Below are positions 48,482-58,219 of a stretch of DNA of 61,196 nt, in pieces (positions within the stretch are counted from its first letter, which is position 1; the number at the start of each line of letters is the position of its first letter). This DNA is from a virus. Taxonomy: Duplodnaviria > Caudoviricetes. Position numbers and translations under genes: made by a program. The notes under the pieces are model-generated. The model ran no database searches. It was given only the letters and a program-made list of their open reading frames with translations, and was not told where the DNA came from. Location of the stretch: IMG/VR virus record IMGVR_UViG_3300008952_000048, positions 1 to 61,196 of that record, one strand, 5' to 3'.

Positions 48482-51400
48482 ATGGTTAGAATTGCTCACA
48501 TTAGTGATACTCACATTCGAAATTTGAAGTATCACAAGCAATATAGAATTGCTTTCGATGATATGTATCGCCAGCTTCGTGAATTGAAGCCCGATTATAT
48601 TGTTCATTGCGGCGACATCGCTCATCGCAAGACAGACATATCTCCAGAGTTGGTTGATATGACAACTGACTTCTTGAGAAGTTTGGCAGACATTGCACCG
48701 ACACACGTTATTCTTGGGAACCATGATGGCAACCTAAGAAACGACAGCCGACAGGATGCAATTAGTCCCATCGTTGATGCGATGGAAAATCCAAAAGTGT
48801 TTTTACATAAGGACTCTCAAGAGGTCGCGCTGAAACACAACATTGTTCTCAATGTCCTTTCAGTGTTTGATAAGGACAATTGGATTACGAAACCCACGAA
48901 GAAAAAGAAAATAAACATTGCCCTCTACCATGGCAGTGTCGCAGGCTGTAGAACCGAAACGGGCTTTATGTTGGAGCATGGTATCGATATTTCAATTCTA
49001 CGAAATTTTGACTATGCAATGCTTGGCGATATTCACAAGACAGATCAGACCCTTGACCACGAAGGCCGTGTCCGTTACTGCGGGTCAACCATTCAACAAA
49101 ACCACGGCGAGACTGATGATAAGGGATTCCTGATCTGGGACATTGAAGACAAAGACAACTTCTCAGTTTCCCATCATCGTATTTTGAATCCAAATCCTTT
49201 TGTTACAATTATCCTTACACCCAAGGGGAAGGTGCCCAAAAAGATAGAGGTTCCGGCCAACGCCAGAATCCGTATCCGCTCAATGAACCAGATTTCTGTC
49301 GGAGCGATGAGAAAGGCCCAGGGGGTTGTTCAAACAAGGTTCAAGCCAGAGTCCACAACGACACAGAACAACGTAAGCGGAGTAGTCGGCAGCGTCGAGG
49401 ATGCGATAAAAGAGGCTCTCGAAGAAGATTTGAGAGATGAAAAAGTTCAGGAGAGACTGATCAAAGAATATCTCAACGATTATGAATTGACTGATGAAAT
49501 GATATCAGAAGTCCTTTCTATTAATCGACGCATGAACTCTTATGCTGGGGAAATAGATGAAGTGTCTCGTAATATCCACTGGAAACTTAAAAGTTTAGAG
49601 TGGGATAATCTTTTTAATTATGGTACCGGCAATTCTGTTGACTTTGAAAACCTTTCTGGGGTGGTGGGTATCTTTGGTGAAAACTATTCTGGAAAGAGTA
49701 GCACCATCGATTCTCTATGTTATGCCCTCTTTAACAGCACAACCAAGAATGTTAGGAAAGCCTATAACATCATTAATCAAAATAAACCAAATTGCAGAGC
49801 CAGGGCTGTAATCGATATCGCTGGTCGAGATTATATTGTTGAGAGAAAATCGGAGAAGTATGTTAAAAGACTAAAGGGAGAGGTAACGAATGAAGCAAAG
49901 ACAGATGTCGATTTCTTTGTTGCCGAGTCTGGCGGCGATATGAGAGAACTCAATGGAACATCCCGTATAGAGACAGATCGAAACATAGCCAAATACTTTG
50001 GAAACATCGATGACTTCTTACTCACATCCATGTCATCTCAGACAGATTCTCTTACATTTATTAAAGAGGGCTCTACGAGAAGAAAGGAAATTCTTGCAAA
50101 GTTTCTCGATTTACTTTTGTTTGAAGAGAAGTTTAGAATTGCAAAGCTGGAGGCAGCAGACTTGCGTGGCTTCGTGAAGGCCCTTGAGGGTCGAGATTAT
50201 GCTAATGAGATTGCCTCTGGAGCTGCCGATATTGTGAGAAACGAAAATGCAGTAGAAGAACACACAGCGAAGTGCGACGGATATAGAGAGGAGATAGAAG
50301 AAAACGAAGAAGAGATTTCAACCATCACCCTTCAGATTGATTCTATTCCTGCGGAAATTATCGATGCCGAAAAGGCGAAAAGTTCTGTATTGCGGCTCAC
50401 AGAAGATGTGTTAAACTTGCAGGAGACAGAAATAACAATAGCAAACACGAGAGCAAAAGATTCAGAATCTTTAGAAAAGATAAACGAATTTCTTTCCTCT
50501 TTTGATATTGAAGAATACAGGGAAAGAAAAACCAACATTGTAGAACTTGAAAGGGATATAGATATTCTTTCGGGAGAGTGGAACGCCCTAAATGAAAAGG
50601 TTTCTGTTGCAAAGCGAAAAGCATCTCTGCTAAGTGAAGTGCCGTGTGGTGATAAATTTCTACACTGTAAGTTGCTGAAGGACGCTACTGCTGCCGAGGG
50701 AAGGCTACCAGCTCTTGAAGGACGATTGTATGAAATAACCTCGTCAAAAAATCAGAAGCAGGACAGTTTACATTTATTGACTCCAGAGGTGGTAACTTCT
50801 CATATTGATAAGTACGATCAACTTATTACGAAGAAGTTAGAAAAAGAGAGGGCAGTATCAGAGGCCACCCTGATGTCTGAAAAGTTGGCTTTGGAAATTC
50901 TTTCAAAGGAACGACACATCGAGGATCTTAAAAAAGATATTGAAGTTTATGAAGAAAACAAAGATGCAATTGAAAATTTGGAACTTCTTCTAAAAGAGCG
51001 AGAAAGCAGACAAAAAAGGATTTCCGAATTGTCCCTATCTCTTGACAGCTGCAAGGAAGAGATCTTAAAATTATACAAGATTCACGGCTCCTTAGAAGAG
51101 AAATTGTCATCTTTAGAGGCCGACCGGGAAATGCTTAATCAAAAAAGGGAAGAGTATGCCGCTTATGATTATTTTTTGCAGTGCATGCATTCCCACGGAA
51201 TTTCTTCGGACATCACAAAACGAAGACTTCCGGTGATTAATGCAGAGATTTCCAAGGTTCTCTCTAACGTTGCTGACTTTGAGATTTATCTTGAAACCGA
51301 CGGAAGAAAACTTGATGTCTTGATTAAGCACCCGAAGTTTGATCCCCGGCCAATTGAGCTGGGATCGGGAGCAGAAAAGACATTGGCAGCAATTGCCATT

Positions 51401-51634
51401 CGTTTGGCTCTCTTGAGCGTCAGCACGTTGCCTCGTGGCGATGTGTTTATTCTTGATGAGCCCGGCACCTCTTTGGATGAGAATAATATGGAAGGCTTTA
51501 ACAGGATTGTTGATTTAATTAAGATGCAATTCAATAAAGTTATCCTAATCTCTCATTTGGATAGTTTGAAGGATGCTGCAGATATGACAATTGATATCGA
51601 CAGGAAGGACGGATTTGCTCATATTAATCAATAA
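48482..51634 (+). CDS. fused Mre11/SbcD nuclease - Rad50/SbcC ATPase (T4 gp47-gp46 fusion)
   Basis: ISDTH, CGDIAH, LGNHD, ALYHG, LGDIH phosphoesterase motifs, then Walker A GENYSGKS, coiled coil, LGSGAEK signature, FILDEP Walker B and ISH. GAGG SD before ATG 48482. Confidence 0.92.
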   Translation: MVRIAHISDTHIRNLKYHKQYRIAFDDMYRQLRELKPDYIVHCGDIAHRKTDISPELVDMTTDFLRSLADIAPTHVILGNHDGNLRNDSRQDAISPIVDAMENPKVFLHKDSQEVALKHNIVLNVLSVFDKDNWITKPTKKKKINIALYHGSVAGCRTETGFMLEHGIDISILRNFDYAMLGDIHKTDQTLDHEGRVRYCGSTIQQNHGETDDKGFLIWDIEDKDNFSVSHHRILNPNPFVTIILTPKGKVPKKIEVPANARIRIRSMNQISVGAMRKAQGVVQTRFKPESTTTQNNVSGVVGSVEDAIKEALEEDLRDEKVQERLIKEYLNDYELTDEMISEVLSINRRMNSYAGEIDEVSRNIHWKLKSLEWDNLFNYGTGNSVDFENLSGVVGIFGENYSGKSSTIDSLCYALFNSTTKNVRKAYNIINQNKPNCRARAVIDIAGRDYIVERKSEKYVKRLKGEVTNEAKTDVDFFVAESGGDMRELNGTSRIETDRNIAKYFGNIDDFLLTSMSSQTDSLTFIKEGSTRRKEILAKFLDLLLFEEKFRIAKLEAADLRGFVKALEGRDYANEIASGAADIVRNENAVEEHTAKCDGYREEIEENEEEISTITLQIDSIPAEIIDAEKAKSSVLRLTEDVLNLQETEITIANTRAKDSESLEKINEFLSSFDIEEYRERKTNIVELERDIDILSGEWNALNEKVSVAKRKASLLSEVPCGDKFLHCKLLKDATAAEGRLPALEGRLYEITSSKNQKQDSLHLLTPEVVTSHIDKYDQLITKKLEKERAVSEATLMSEKLALEILSKERHIEDLKKDIEVYEENKDAIENLELLLKERESRQKRISELSLSLDSCKEEILKLYKIHGSLEEKLSSLEADREMLNQKREEYAAYDYFLQCMHSHGISSDITKRRLPVINAEISKVLSNVADFEIYLETDGRKLDVLIKHPKFDPRPIELGSGAEKTLAAIAIRLALLSVSTLPRGDVFILDEPGTSLDENNMEGFNRIVDLIKMQFNKVILISHLDSLKDAADMTIDIDRKDGFAHINQ

Positions 51635-51637
51635 CTA

Positions 51638-51644
51638 CTATTTA
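51638..51644 (+). promoter_or_regulatory. putative late promoter CTATTTA
   Basis: Immediately after the Mre11-Rad50 stop, before the lysis/head genes. Confidence 0.55.
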
Positions 51645-51663
51645 TATGGTGGAGGTGACGATT

Positions 51664-51915
51664 ATGAGCACTGATGAGAAAATTAAGTTAGATACAATTG
51701 AGGAGAAGCTTGACCAAATGACATCCAAGTCTGGAGCACTGGACAGGCTGTTTAGCAAGGTGGCTTCTCGCAAATTAATGGTTTGGATGACAGCTACGGC
51801 ACTTATGTCCGTGGCCGCTCTCGAATCGGAGCATTGGGTCTGGATTAGTATCGTTTACCTTGGCGGCCAATCAGCCATCGATATCTTTGAAAGGATTAAA
51901 GGTTACAACAAGTAA
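51664..51915 (+). CDS. small two-helix membrane protein (holin-like)
   Basis: SRKLMVWMTATALM and WVWISIVYLGGQSAID hydrophobic segments; GGAGGTG SD at 51651. Confidence 0.55.
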   Translation: MSTDEKIKLDTIEEKLDQMTSKSGALDRLFSKVASRKLMVWMTATALMSVAALESEHWVWISIVYLGGQSAIDIFERIKGYNK

Positions 51916-52286
51916 TGACAACTTTAAAGAAGGTTTTCCTTTGGCTCAAACATTATTGGTATTTTCCGGTGGTGTTTGTTGCCATTCTTATTGCGTTTGT
52001 TTTCCACCGAGGAAAAGTCGAACAACTTGTTGACTTGCTGATCGGATCGATGGAGAGTCACAAGAATGAACTTGCAGCCGTCAATTCTGCCAACGAAAAA
52101 GAGAACGCAAAGATTGAAAAGAGCGCCAAGAAATTCTCCAAAGATCTGCAGGACATCGTTTCCGAAGAATCTGCAGCCCTCGAAAAAGCCGAGGGAGATA
52201 AAAGGAAAAGAGAAAAAGATCTTAAAGACCTCGAAATGGAATTGCTCGCCGACGAAATGAAGAAGGCATTTTCCAAGAAAGATTAA
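51915..52286 (+). CDS. N-terminally membrane-anchored coiled-coil protein (i-spanin-like)
   Basis: One TM helix (WYFPVVFVAILIAFVF) followed by a charged coiled coil. Confidence 0.55.
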   Translation: MTTLKKVFLWLKHYWYFPVVFVAILIAFVFHRGKVEQLVDLLIGSMESHKNELAAVNSANEKENAKIEKSAKKFSKDLQDIVSEESAALEKAEGDKRKREKDLKDLEMELLADEMKKAFSKKD

Positions 52287-52289
52287 GCT

Positions 52290-52730
52290 ATGAGAACACT
52301 AATACTATTATCACTGTTATTCAGTTTCCCTGTCTTTGCCGACGAGATTGTGGCAGAGCCAATTACGAAAGGCCAACGAGCCCCATTCAACGGAATTATC
52401 CTCGATGGCCCCTCGGCAGCAAAGGTAATCTCAGCTCACGAGTATGCCACCGAGAAGTGCAAGATCAAATCAGAGCACGACGTAAAGAAGGCGAAAGCAA
52501 ATTGCGAACTGGAGAAGGATATCCTTGCAGCGAAACTTCAATCCCTTCATGAGAAACACACAGCCATCACCAAGATTAAGGATACAGAGATCACAAGACT
52601 CCAAGGAGCTCTCAGGGATGTGTCTGCTGATTATAGCGAGTGGTGGTTTGTCGGTGGCGTCATCGCAGGGATCGCAACTTCGATTGCTATTTTTTATGCT
52701 GCTGTTAAGACTTCCCAAGGTGAGGCATGA
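52290..52730 (+). CDS. exported coiled-coil protein with C-terminal membrane segment
   Basis: Signal peptide MRTLILLSLLFSFPVFA, coiled coil, WWFVGGVIAGIATSIAIFYAA. Confidence 0.6.
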   Translation: MRTLILLSLLFSFPVFADEIVAEPITKGQRAPFNGIILDGPSAAKVISAHEYATEKCKIKSEHDVKKAKANCELEKDILAAKLQSLHEKHTAITKIKDTEITRLQGALRDVSADYSEWWFVGGVIAGIATSIAIFYAAVKTSQGEA

Positions 52731-53122
52731 AAAAAGACACAAACGATATTGCAGCAATTGAAAAGGCCATCTCTAAGAAGTATGGTGACGAGGCAATTGT
52801 TAATCCAAAGTCGTTGTGGGATGAAAACAAAGAGAAAGATTATATTGAACAGGTTAAGAAGTCTGTAAAAAAGCACGATAAAGTATCTGAGGCCACCGAT
52901 AAAGTCGAATTAAACGGGTTTTTGTTATCTAAAAAACTAATTAATAAGACGAGCGACAGGGTTTGCCCTGTTTGTGACACTTACTCTTTCGACAAGAAAG
53001 ATGATTTATATATGAATCGTTTTGAATGTTGCTTGAGGTGTTACATTAAGTTTGTAGAAGGAAGAGAAGAGAAATGGAAGTCAGGTTGGCGTCCACAGCT
53101 GGTGGAGAATAAAGATGATTAA
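52727..53122 (+). CDS. hypothetical protein with zinc-finger-like motif
   Basis: CPVC...CCLRC; ATGA coupling, GAGG upstream. Confidence 0.7.
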   Translation: MKKDTNDIAAIEKAISKKYGDEAIVNPKSLWDENKEKDYIEQVKKSVKKHDKVSEATDKVELNGFLLSKKLINKTSDRVCPVCDTYSFDKKDDLYMNRFECCLRCYIKFVEGREEKWKSGWRPQLVENKDD

Positions 53123-53306
53123 AAACGATTTAGAAGATATTGTTGAGATGCTTTGCGACGGATGCAAAGATGCTGATAAGTTTGATCGTGGGAATGCGAC
53201 CGCTGGAACGCGGCTTCGCAAACGTGCGATGGAAGTTATTAAACTTCTCAAAGATATGAGAGCAGAGATCATTGAGGTCAGGAATGACCGAAAAGAAAAT
53301 AAATAG
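53115..53306 (+). CDS. histone H1-like (Hc1 N-terminal domain) nucleoid protein
   Basis: DADKFDRGNATAGTRLRK...LKDMR matches the GNxxAGTRxRK motif; GGAG SD. Confidence 0.75.
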   Translation: MIKNDLEDIVEMLCDGCKDADKFDRGNATAGTRLRKRAMEVIKLLKDMRAEIIEVRNDRKENK

Positions 53307-53323
53307 AAAAGGGGTGATTTAAA

Positions 53324-53863
53324 ATGTCAAACATATTAGATATTGTTAAGGGAATTAACCAAGCTGCAGCCAACGCACACGATGGCGCAACTGACGAAGA
53401 GGGTGAGCCTCTTGACATCGGATTAGAAAGGGACAAATCAACACCAATCACTGATCGTCGAGTTCTCGATGGTTTTGGTGTGAAGTTCTTGGGAAAAACC
53501 ATGCGCGTAAACTACCACAGAGAAGTTGGGATCAAAGAGACCAAGACCAACAAACTGAAGGACGAAGTTGAAAACGCCATTGAAGAAGTCACCAAGTTCC
53601 TTAAGAAAGAATACAAGAAGATCACCGGAAATGCTCTGAAGTTGAAGAAAAAGGGCTCCTTAAATCTCGGCAACGTGCAAAGTACATCCCGCGTCCGGTC
53701 ATGGGTGCAGGCCCACTGTGATTACGAAATCCAGGGAGTCGAAGGACACGACGTAAAAGATAAGAATGATATTGATTCAGCAATCAAGTCTTTTCTTGCG
53801 TTAGGTAAAAATGCAAAGAAACCAGAAAACGTGTCGATAACATCAACTGCAAATGATAAGTAG
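53324..53863 (+). CDS. conserved phage hypothetical protein
   Basis: 179-aa ORF immediately upstream of the terminase; GGGGTG upstream. Confidence 0.7.
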   Translation: MSNILDIVKGINQAAANAHDGATDEEGEPLDIGLERDKSTPITDRRVLDGFGVKFLGKTMRVNYHREVGIKETKTNKLKDEVENAIEEVTKFLKKEYKKITGNALKLKKKGSLNLGNVQSTSRVRSWVQAHCDYEIQGVEGHDVKDKNDIDSAIKSFLALGKNAKKPENVSITSTANDK

Positions 53864-53871
53864 AGCGCCCC

Positions 53872-55467
53872 ATGGCCTACCAGCTGACGAAGAAACAAAT
53901 TATACAGGAGATTGTCAAGTGCGGCAAGGATCCTGTTTATTTCACTAATACATACGCTCGGATTTCACATCCCCTCAAGGGACAAATCCCCTTTAAGACA
54001 TACCCATTTCAGACTCAGCTTCTACAGGATTTTGCAGATTATCGCTTTAACGTAATTCTGAAAGCTCGACAACTTGGCATCTCTACTATTACTGGTGCCT
54101 ATGTTGCATGGCTGATGATGTTCCACAAGGAAAAGAATGTTCTTGTAGTCGCTACAAAATTTGGAACAGCATCCAATCTCGTTAAGAAGGTGAAGCAGAT
54201 CATTAAGAACCTGCCACCGTGGATGGCCACAGCAACTATTACAATTGATAATCGATCCTCGTTTGAACTATCCAACGGTTCTCAGATAAAGGCTTCTTCG
54301 ACAACTGGCGATGCTGGTCGTTCTGAGGCTTTGTCTTTATTGGTTGTTGATGAGGCCGCCCACGTAGAAGGTCTTGAAGAGTTGTGGATGGGACTTTATC
54401 CCACTCTGTCTACTGGTGGCCGATGCATTGCGTTATCCACTCCCAACGGGGTTGGCAATTGGTTTCACAAGACTTTTGCCGATTCGATGGAGAGTAGAAA
54501 TGATTTTCATGCAACCACTCTCCTATGGAACGAGCACCCTGACAGAGACATGTCTTGGTTTGAAAAAGAGACTAGGAACATGTCACGCCGCGATATTGCA
54601 CAGGAGCTTGAGTGCTCCTTCCTCGCGTCCGGAGAATCAGTCATTCATCCCGATGATATTGGGAGGCTTGAAGAGGCAGCAACAGCACCCAAATACCAAA
54701 CAGGATTTGATAGAAATTTGTGGATATGGGAAGAATACCATCCAGGAAACACATATTTAATGGTTGCCGATGTTGCGCGGGGAGACGGCAAAGACTTTTC
54801 GGTATTCAACATTGTAAAACTGGAGACAATGGAGGTTGTTGCAGAGTATCAAGGAAAACCAAATTTAGATTTATTCGCTGGGCTGTTAAATACAACCGGG
54901 AGAGAGTATGGTCAGTGTATGTTGGTCGTTGAAAACAATAACATTGGGTTCAATATCTTAGAGAAACTGATCGCAATGCAATATCCCAACCTTTATTACT
55001 CAGAGAAGGGTTCACATGAATACGTGGACCCTATGGTCGCAGAAACAAAATCTTCTACAGTCCCAGGTTTTACCACTTCCATGAAGACTCGCCCTCTAAT
55101 CATTGCGAAATTGGAGGAATATATAAGAAATAAACTACTTAAAGTGAGTTCTATACGTTTTATTAGCGAATTGCGGACATTCGTATGGAACCATGGACGC
55201 GCCCAGGCAATGCGAGGGTACAACGATGATCTCGTTATGTCGCTTGCTATTGCGTGTTGGGTGAGGGACACGGCGATATTGACCAACAGTAGAAGCGTGG
55301 AATATAATAAGGCTTGTTTAGATTCTATGATTGTGACAAATACTAAAATAAATACTAAAATAAATGGACAAGTGGGTTATAATAAGACATTGGATATTGA
55401 AAAGGGCACAGAGGCCGACAACACTTTGCGGCAATATCAAGATTTTATGTGGCTTTATAAAGGATAA
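53872..55467 (+). CDS. terL: terminase large subunit (T4 gp17-like)
   Basis: KCGKDPVYF, LKARQLGIST (Walker A variant), LLVVDEAAH (Walker B), LSTPNG, ADVARGDGKDFS, VENNNIG, NDDLVMSLAI. Confidence 0.95.
   Translation: MAYQLTKKQIIQEIVKCGKDPVYFTNTYARISHPLKGQIPFKTYPFQTQLLQDFADYRFNVILKARQLGISTITGAYVAWLMMFHKEKNVLVVATKFGTASNLVKKVKQIIKNLPPWMATATITIDNRSSFELSNGSQIKASSTTGDAGRSEALSLLVVDEAAHVEGLEELWMGLYPTLSTGGRCIALSTPNGVGNWFHKTFADSMESRNDFHATTLLWNEHPDRDMSWFEKETRNMSRRDIAQELECSFLASGESVIHPDDIGRLEEAATAPKYQTGFDRNLWIWEEYHPGNTYLMVADVARGDGKDFSVFNIVKLETMEVVAEYQGKPNLDLFAGLLNTTGREYGQCMLVVENNNIGFNILEKLIAMQYPNLYYSEKGSHEYVDPMVAETKSSTVPGFTTSMKTRPLIIAKLEEYIRNKLLKVSSIRFISELRTFVWNHGRAQAMRGYNDDLVMSLAIACWVRDTAILTNSRSVEYNKACLDSMIVTNTKINTKINGQVGYNKTLDIEKGTEADNTLRQYQDFMWLYKG
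55338..55365 (+). repeat. 12-nt tandem duplication in the terL 3' end
   Basis: AAATACTAAAAT twice plus AAAT, encoding NTKINTKIN. Confidence 0.75.
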
Positions 55468-55470
55468 TAT

Positions 55471-57420
55471 ATGGCAGAAATAAGAAACAACCCAAGAAAC
55501 CCAACGTCAACATTATTTAAAAAGCTTACGAGATTATTCTCCGGCCCAATCGTTAACCGTCGAGTACAGATGTATCGCAAGCAACGCCGGAAAGATTTAA
55601 ACAAATACAGATCTCAGTTTTATTCGACAAGCGGCCTACAATTTAAAAAATCAACTTACAATCCCTTTGATGTAATGCAGACAAATCAAATCTCGAACCA
55701 GAATCGGGCAGAGAGATATATGGACTTTGATCAAATGGAGTATACCCCAGAGATAGCATCTTCTCTGGATATATATGCTGATGAAATGACTACCAGCACC
55801 CATCTGCAACCTATGCTAAGAATCAACTGCCAGAACGAAGAGATTAAAACCATTCTTACTGGCTTGTATGAGAACGTTCTAAATATTAATTTTAATCTTT
55901 TTGGATGGTCTCGCACGATGTGTAAATATGGAGACTTCTTTTTATATTTGGATGTTGATGAAGAAGAGGGCATTCAGAATGTCATCGGCCTTCCCCCACA
56001 GGAAGTAGAGAGGATGGAGGGAGAAGATCCCAGCAATCCAAATTACGTGCAATTCCAATGGAACTCTGGCGGCATGACCTTTGAAAACTGGCAAATGGCC
56101 CACTTCAGAATTTTGGGCAACGATAAGTATAGTCCTTATGGAACCTCTGTTCTTGAGCCAGCACGAAGGATTTGGAGACAGTTGATATTATTGGAAGACG
56201 CCATGATGTCATATCGTATTGTCCGATCCCCAGAGCGACGAGTTTTTTATATCGACGTGGGAAATATTGCCCCTCAAGATGTTGAGCAATATATGCAGCG
56301 CGTGATGACCCAGATGAAGAGAAATCAAATTGTTGATTCCCAAACTGGCAGAGTGGATTTAAGATATAACCCACTCTCAGTAGAGGAAGACTATTTTATT
56401 CCTGTTCGTGGAGACTCAGCTTCCAAGATTGAGTCTCTAGCTGGAGGCACTTTCACTGGTGATATTGACGACGTTAAATATCTGAGAGACAAGCTTTTCT
56501 CTGCTCTTAAGGTGCCACAGTCCTACCTTTCTCGCGGCGAAGGTGCCGACGAGGACAAATCAACTTTAGCCCAAAAAGACATCCGCTTTGCAAGAACTAT
56601 TCAGAGACTGCAGCGTAGCCTTCTTTCTGAGATAGAGAAGATTGGAATTATTCACTTATATACCATCGGGTTTCGAGGAGATGATCTTGTAGCATTTACT
56701 CTATCATTAAATAACCCCTCAAAAATTGCAGAACTTCAGGAGCTCGAACATTGGAAAACAAAGTTTGATGTTGCTGGGAGTGCCACCGAAGGCTTCTTTA
56801 GTAAGCGGTGGATTGCACAAAAAGTCTTTGGCCTTACTGATGACGAGATCGTTAGAATGCAAAGAGAGCAATTCTTTGATAGAAAGTTTGATGCTGAACT
56901 TGAAGCAGTTGGCGAAGCCATTTCAGGCGGAGAAGGCGGCATGGCTGATTTTGGAGACGATGGCCCCGGCGGAGATGATGATTTCGATTTAGATGATATG
57001 GACGATATCGATTCAGAAGGCGGCGATGAGGAAGAAGCCGAACCGGAAGACGGCGAGCTGCTGGCAGCACCGCCAGCCAGAAGGAACGACAACGTGGCCA
57101 TCGGACAGATGACAACCACACCTAAATCTAAAAAATGGTATAAGAAGCGCGGCGATGGTAGAAAAAAAGGCGCAGCAAGAAAATACCACATGAAGGCAGA
57201 GGCCGGAGAGTCATACGGAAAGAATACTACCACCAACATTCACCATGGCCTGAAGGGTTTAGGAGAATTTAGTCTGGCAAATGGGGTATTTGAATCAAGT
57301 GACACTAATTATGTAGAAGACGAAAAAAAGATCTTTGAAGCAAAGGGCGAGTTAGAGAGATTTGCGAAGTCTCTTTCGCACTCGAAAGACGTGGAGAGTG
57401 ATGATGAAAGCGAAACATAA
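55471..57420 (+). CDS. portal protein (T4 gp20-like)
   Basis: PEIASSLDIYADE, LLEDAMMSYRIVRSPERRVFYIDVGN, EEDYFIPVRG, LFSALKVP; acidic C-terminal tract. Confidence 0.95.
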   Translation: MAEIRNNPRNPTSTLFKKLTRLFSGPIVNRRVQMYRKQRRKDLNKYRSQFYSTSGLQFKKSTYNPFDVMQTNQISNQNRAERYMDFDQMEYTPEIASSLDIYADEMTTSTHLQPMLRINCQNEEIKTILTGLYENVLNINFNLFGWSRTMCKYGDFFLYLDVDEEEGIQNVIGLPPQEVERMEGEDPSNPNYVQFQWNSGGMTFENWQMAHFRILGNDKYSPYGTSVLEPARRIWRQLILLEDAMMSYRIVRSPERRVFYIDVGNIAPQDVEQYMQRVMTQMKRNQIVDSQTGRVDLRYNPLSVEEDYFIPVRGDSASKIESLAGGTFTGDIDDVKYLRDKLFSALKVPQSYLSRGEGADEDKSTLAQKDIRFARTIQRLQRSLLSEIEKIGIIHLYTIGFRGDDLVAFTLSLNNPSKIAELQELEHWKTKFDVAGSATEGFFSKRWIAQKVFGLTDDEIVRMQREQFFDRKFDAELEAVGEAISGGEGGMADFGDDGPGGDDDFDLDDMDDIDSEGGDEEEAEPEDGELLAAPPARRNDNVAIGQMTTTPKSKKWYKKRGDGRKKGAARKYHMKAEAGESYGKNTTTNIHHGLKGLGEFSLANGVFESSDTNYVEDEKKIFEAKGELERFAKSLSHSKDVESDDESET

Positions 57421-58219
57421 CAAAAAAAGAAACACAGCTTTTATTTTTGAGGCCCTTAGCCGAGAGGTTACAAAAGCCATCATCGAAAATGATGAAAGAA
57501 AGAAGAAAGCTGTCACCTCTATCGTGCGCTCATATTTCAAGCGCGGAACAGAATTGAGAAAAGAATTAGATCTTTACCGAAATCTAAATGAATCGAGTGA
57601 GTGTGACAAAGACACTGCCAACAGGATTTTGCAGGAAGTAAAGAGAGACTATGGAGATATAAATAAGAAGAAGCTCTTTAAAGAGCAGACGGCGATGATT
57701 AATACCATCAATAAGGAATTATCAAAATCAGTCTTTTCTAATTTTGTAGGAAACTATAAATACCTCGCAACCATTTCACAGATCTTCAACAAAGAATCAG
57801 ATGCCAAAAACCGCGTTCTACTTGAGGATACTGTTTTGGACACGATGACAAGGGCGAAAGAAGATGATGACATGAAACCTGTAGACAATATTGTCTATAA
57901 GTCTTTTGTATCAAAATTTAATGAAGAGTATTCTTCTGTATTGCCCGACGAGCAAAAAGAGCTTCTTGGAAAATACGTTTCTTCTTTTGCTGATAATGGT
58001 GTCGAGTTTAAGTTATATATGAATGAAGAAATCGGGCGCCTTAAGAAAAAAGTTACCGAAGCCCTCGACTGCGAAGAGGTTACAGGCGATACCGAGATGA
58101 AGAATTCCACCAAAGAGGTTTATAATCTCCTAGAGAATTCCGCCAAAAAGCCCATCGACGAAGAGCTCGTGAGGCAAGTCTTAAATATTCAGAATTTTGT
58201 TAGGGAGGTTGAATCATAA
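57401..58219 (+). CDS. conserved head-module protein
   Basis: KHNKKRNTAFIFEAL N-terminus, GGAG SD at 57393; lies between portal and protease. Confidence 0.75.
   Translation: MMKAKHNKKRNTAFIFEALSREVTKAIIENDERKKKAVTSIVRSYFKRGTELRKELDLYRNLNESSECDKDTANRILQEVKRDYGDINKKKLFKEQTAMINTINKELSKSVFSNFVGNYKYLATISQIFNKESDAKNRVLLEDTVLDTMTRAKEDDDMKPVDNIVYKSFVSKFNEEYSSVLPDEQKELLGKYVSSFADNGVEFKLYMNEEIGRLKKKVTEALDCEEVTGDTEMKNSTKEVYNLLENSAKKPIDEELVRQVLNIQNFVREVES

Noticed and set aside
55338-55365. 12-nt tandem repeat in terL as a regulatory or phase-variable element
   Set aside because: Only two copies, in frame, AT-rich and in a variable C-terminal tail; most simply a slippage duplication.
53872-57420. Inteins or introns in terminase or portal
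   Set aside because: Lengths and motif spacing are normal, and no intein terminal or LAGLIDADG motifs are seen.
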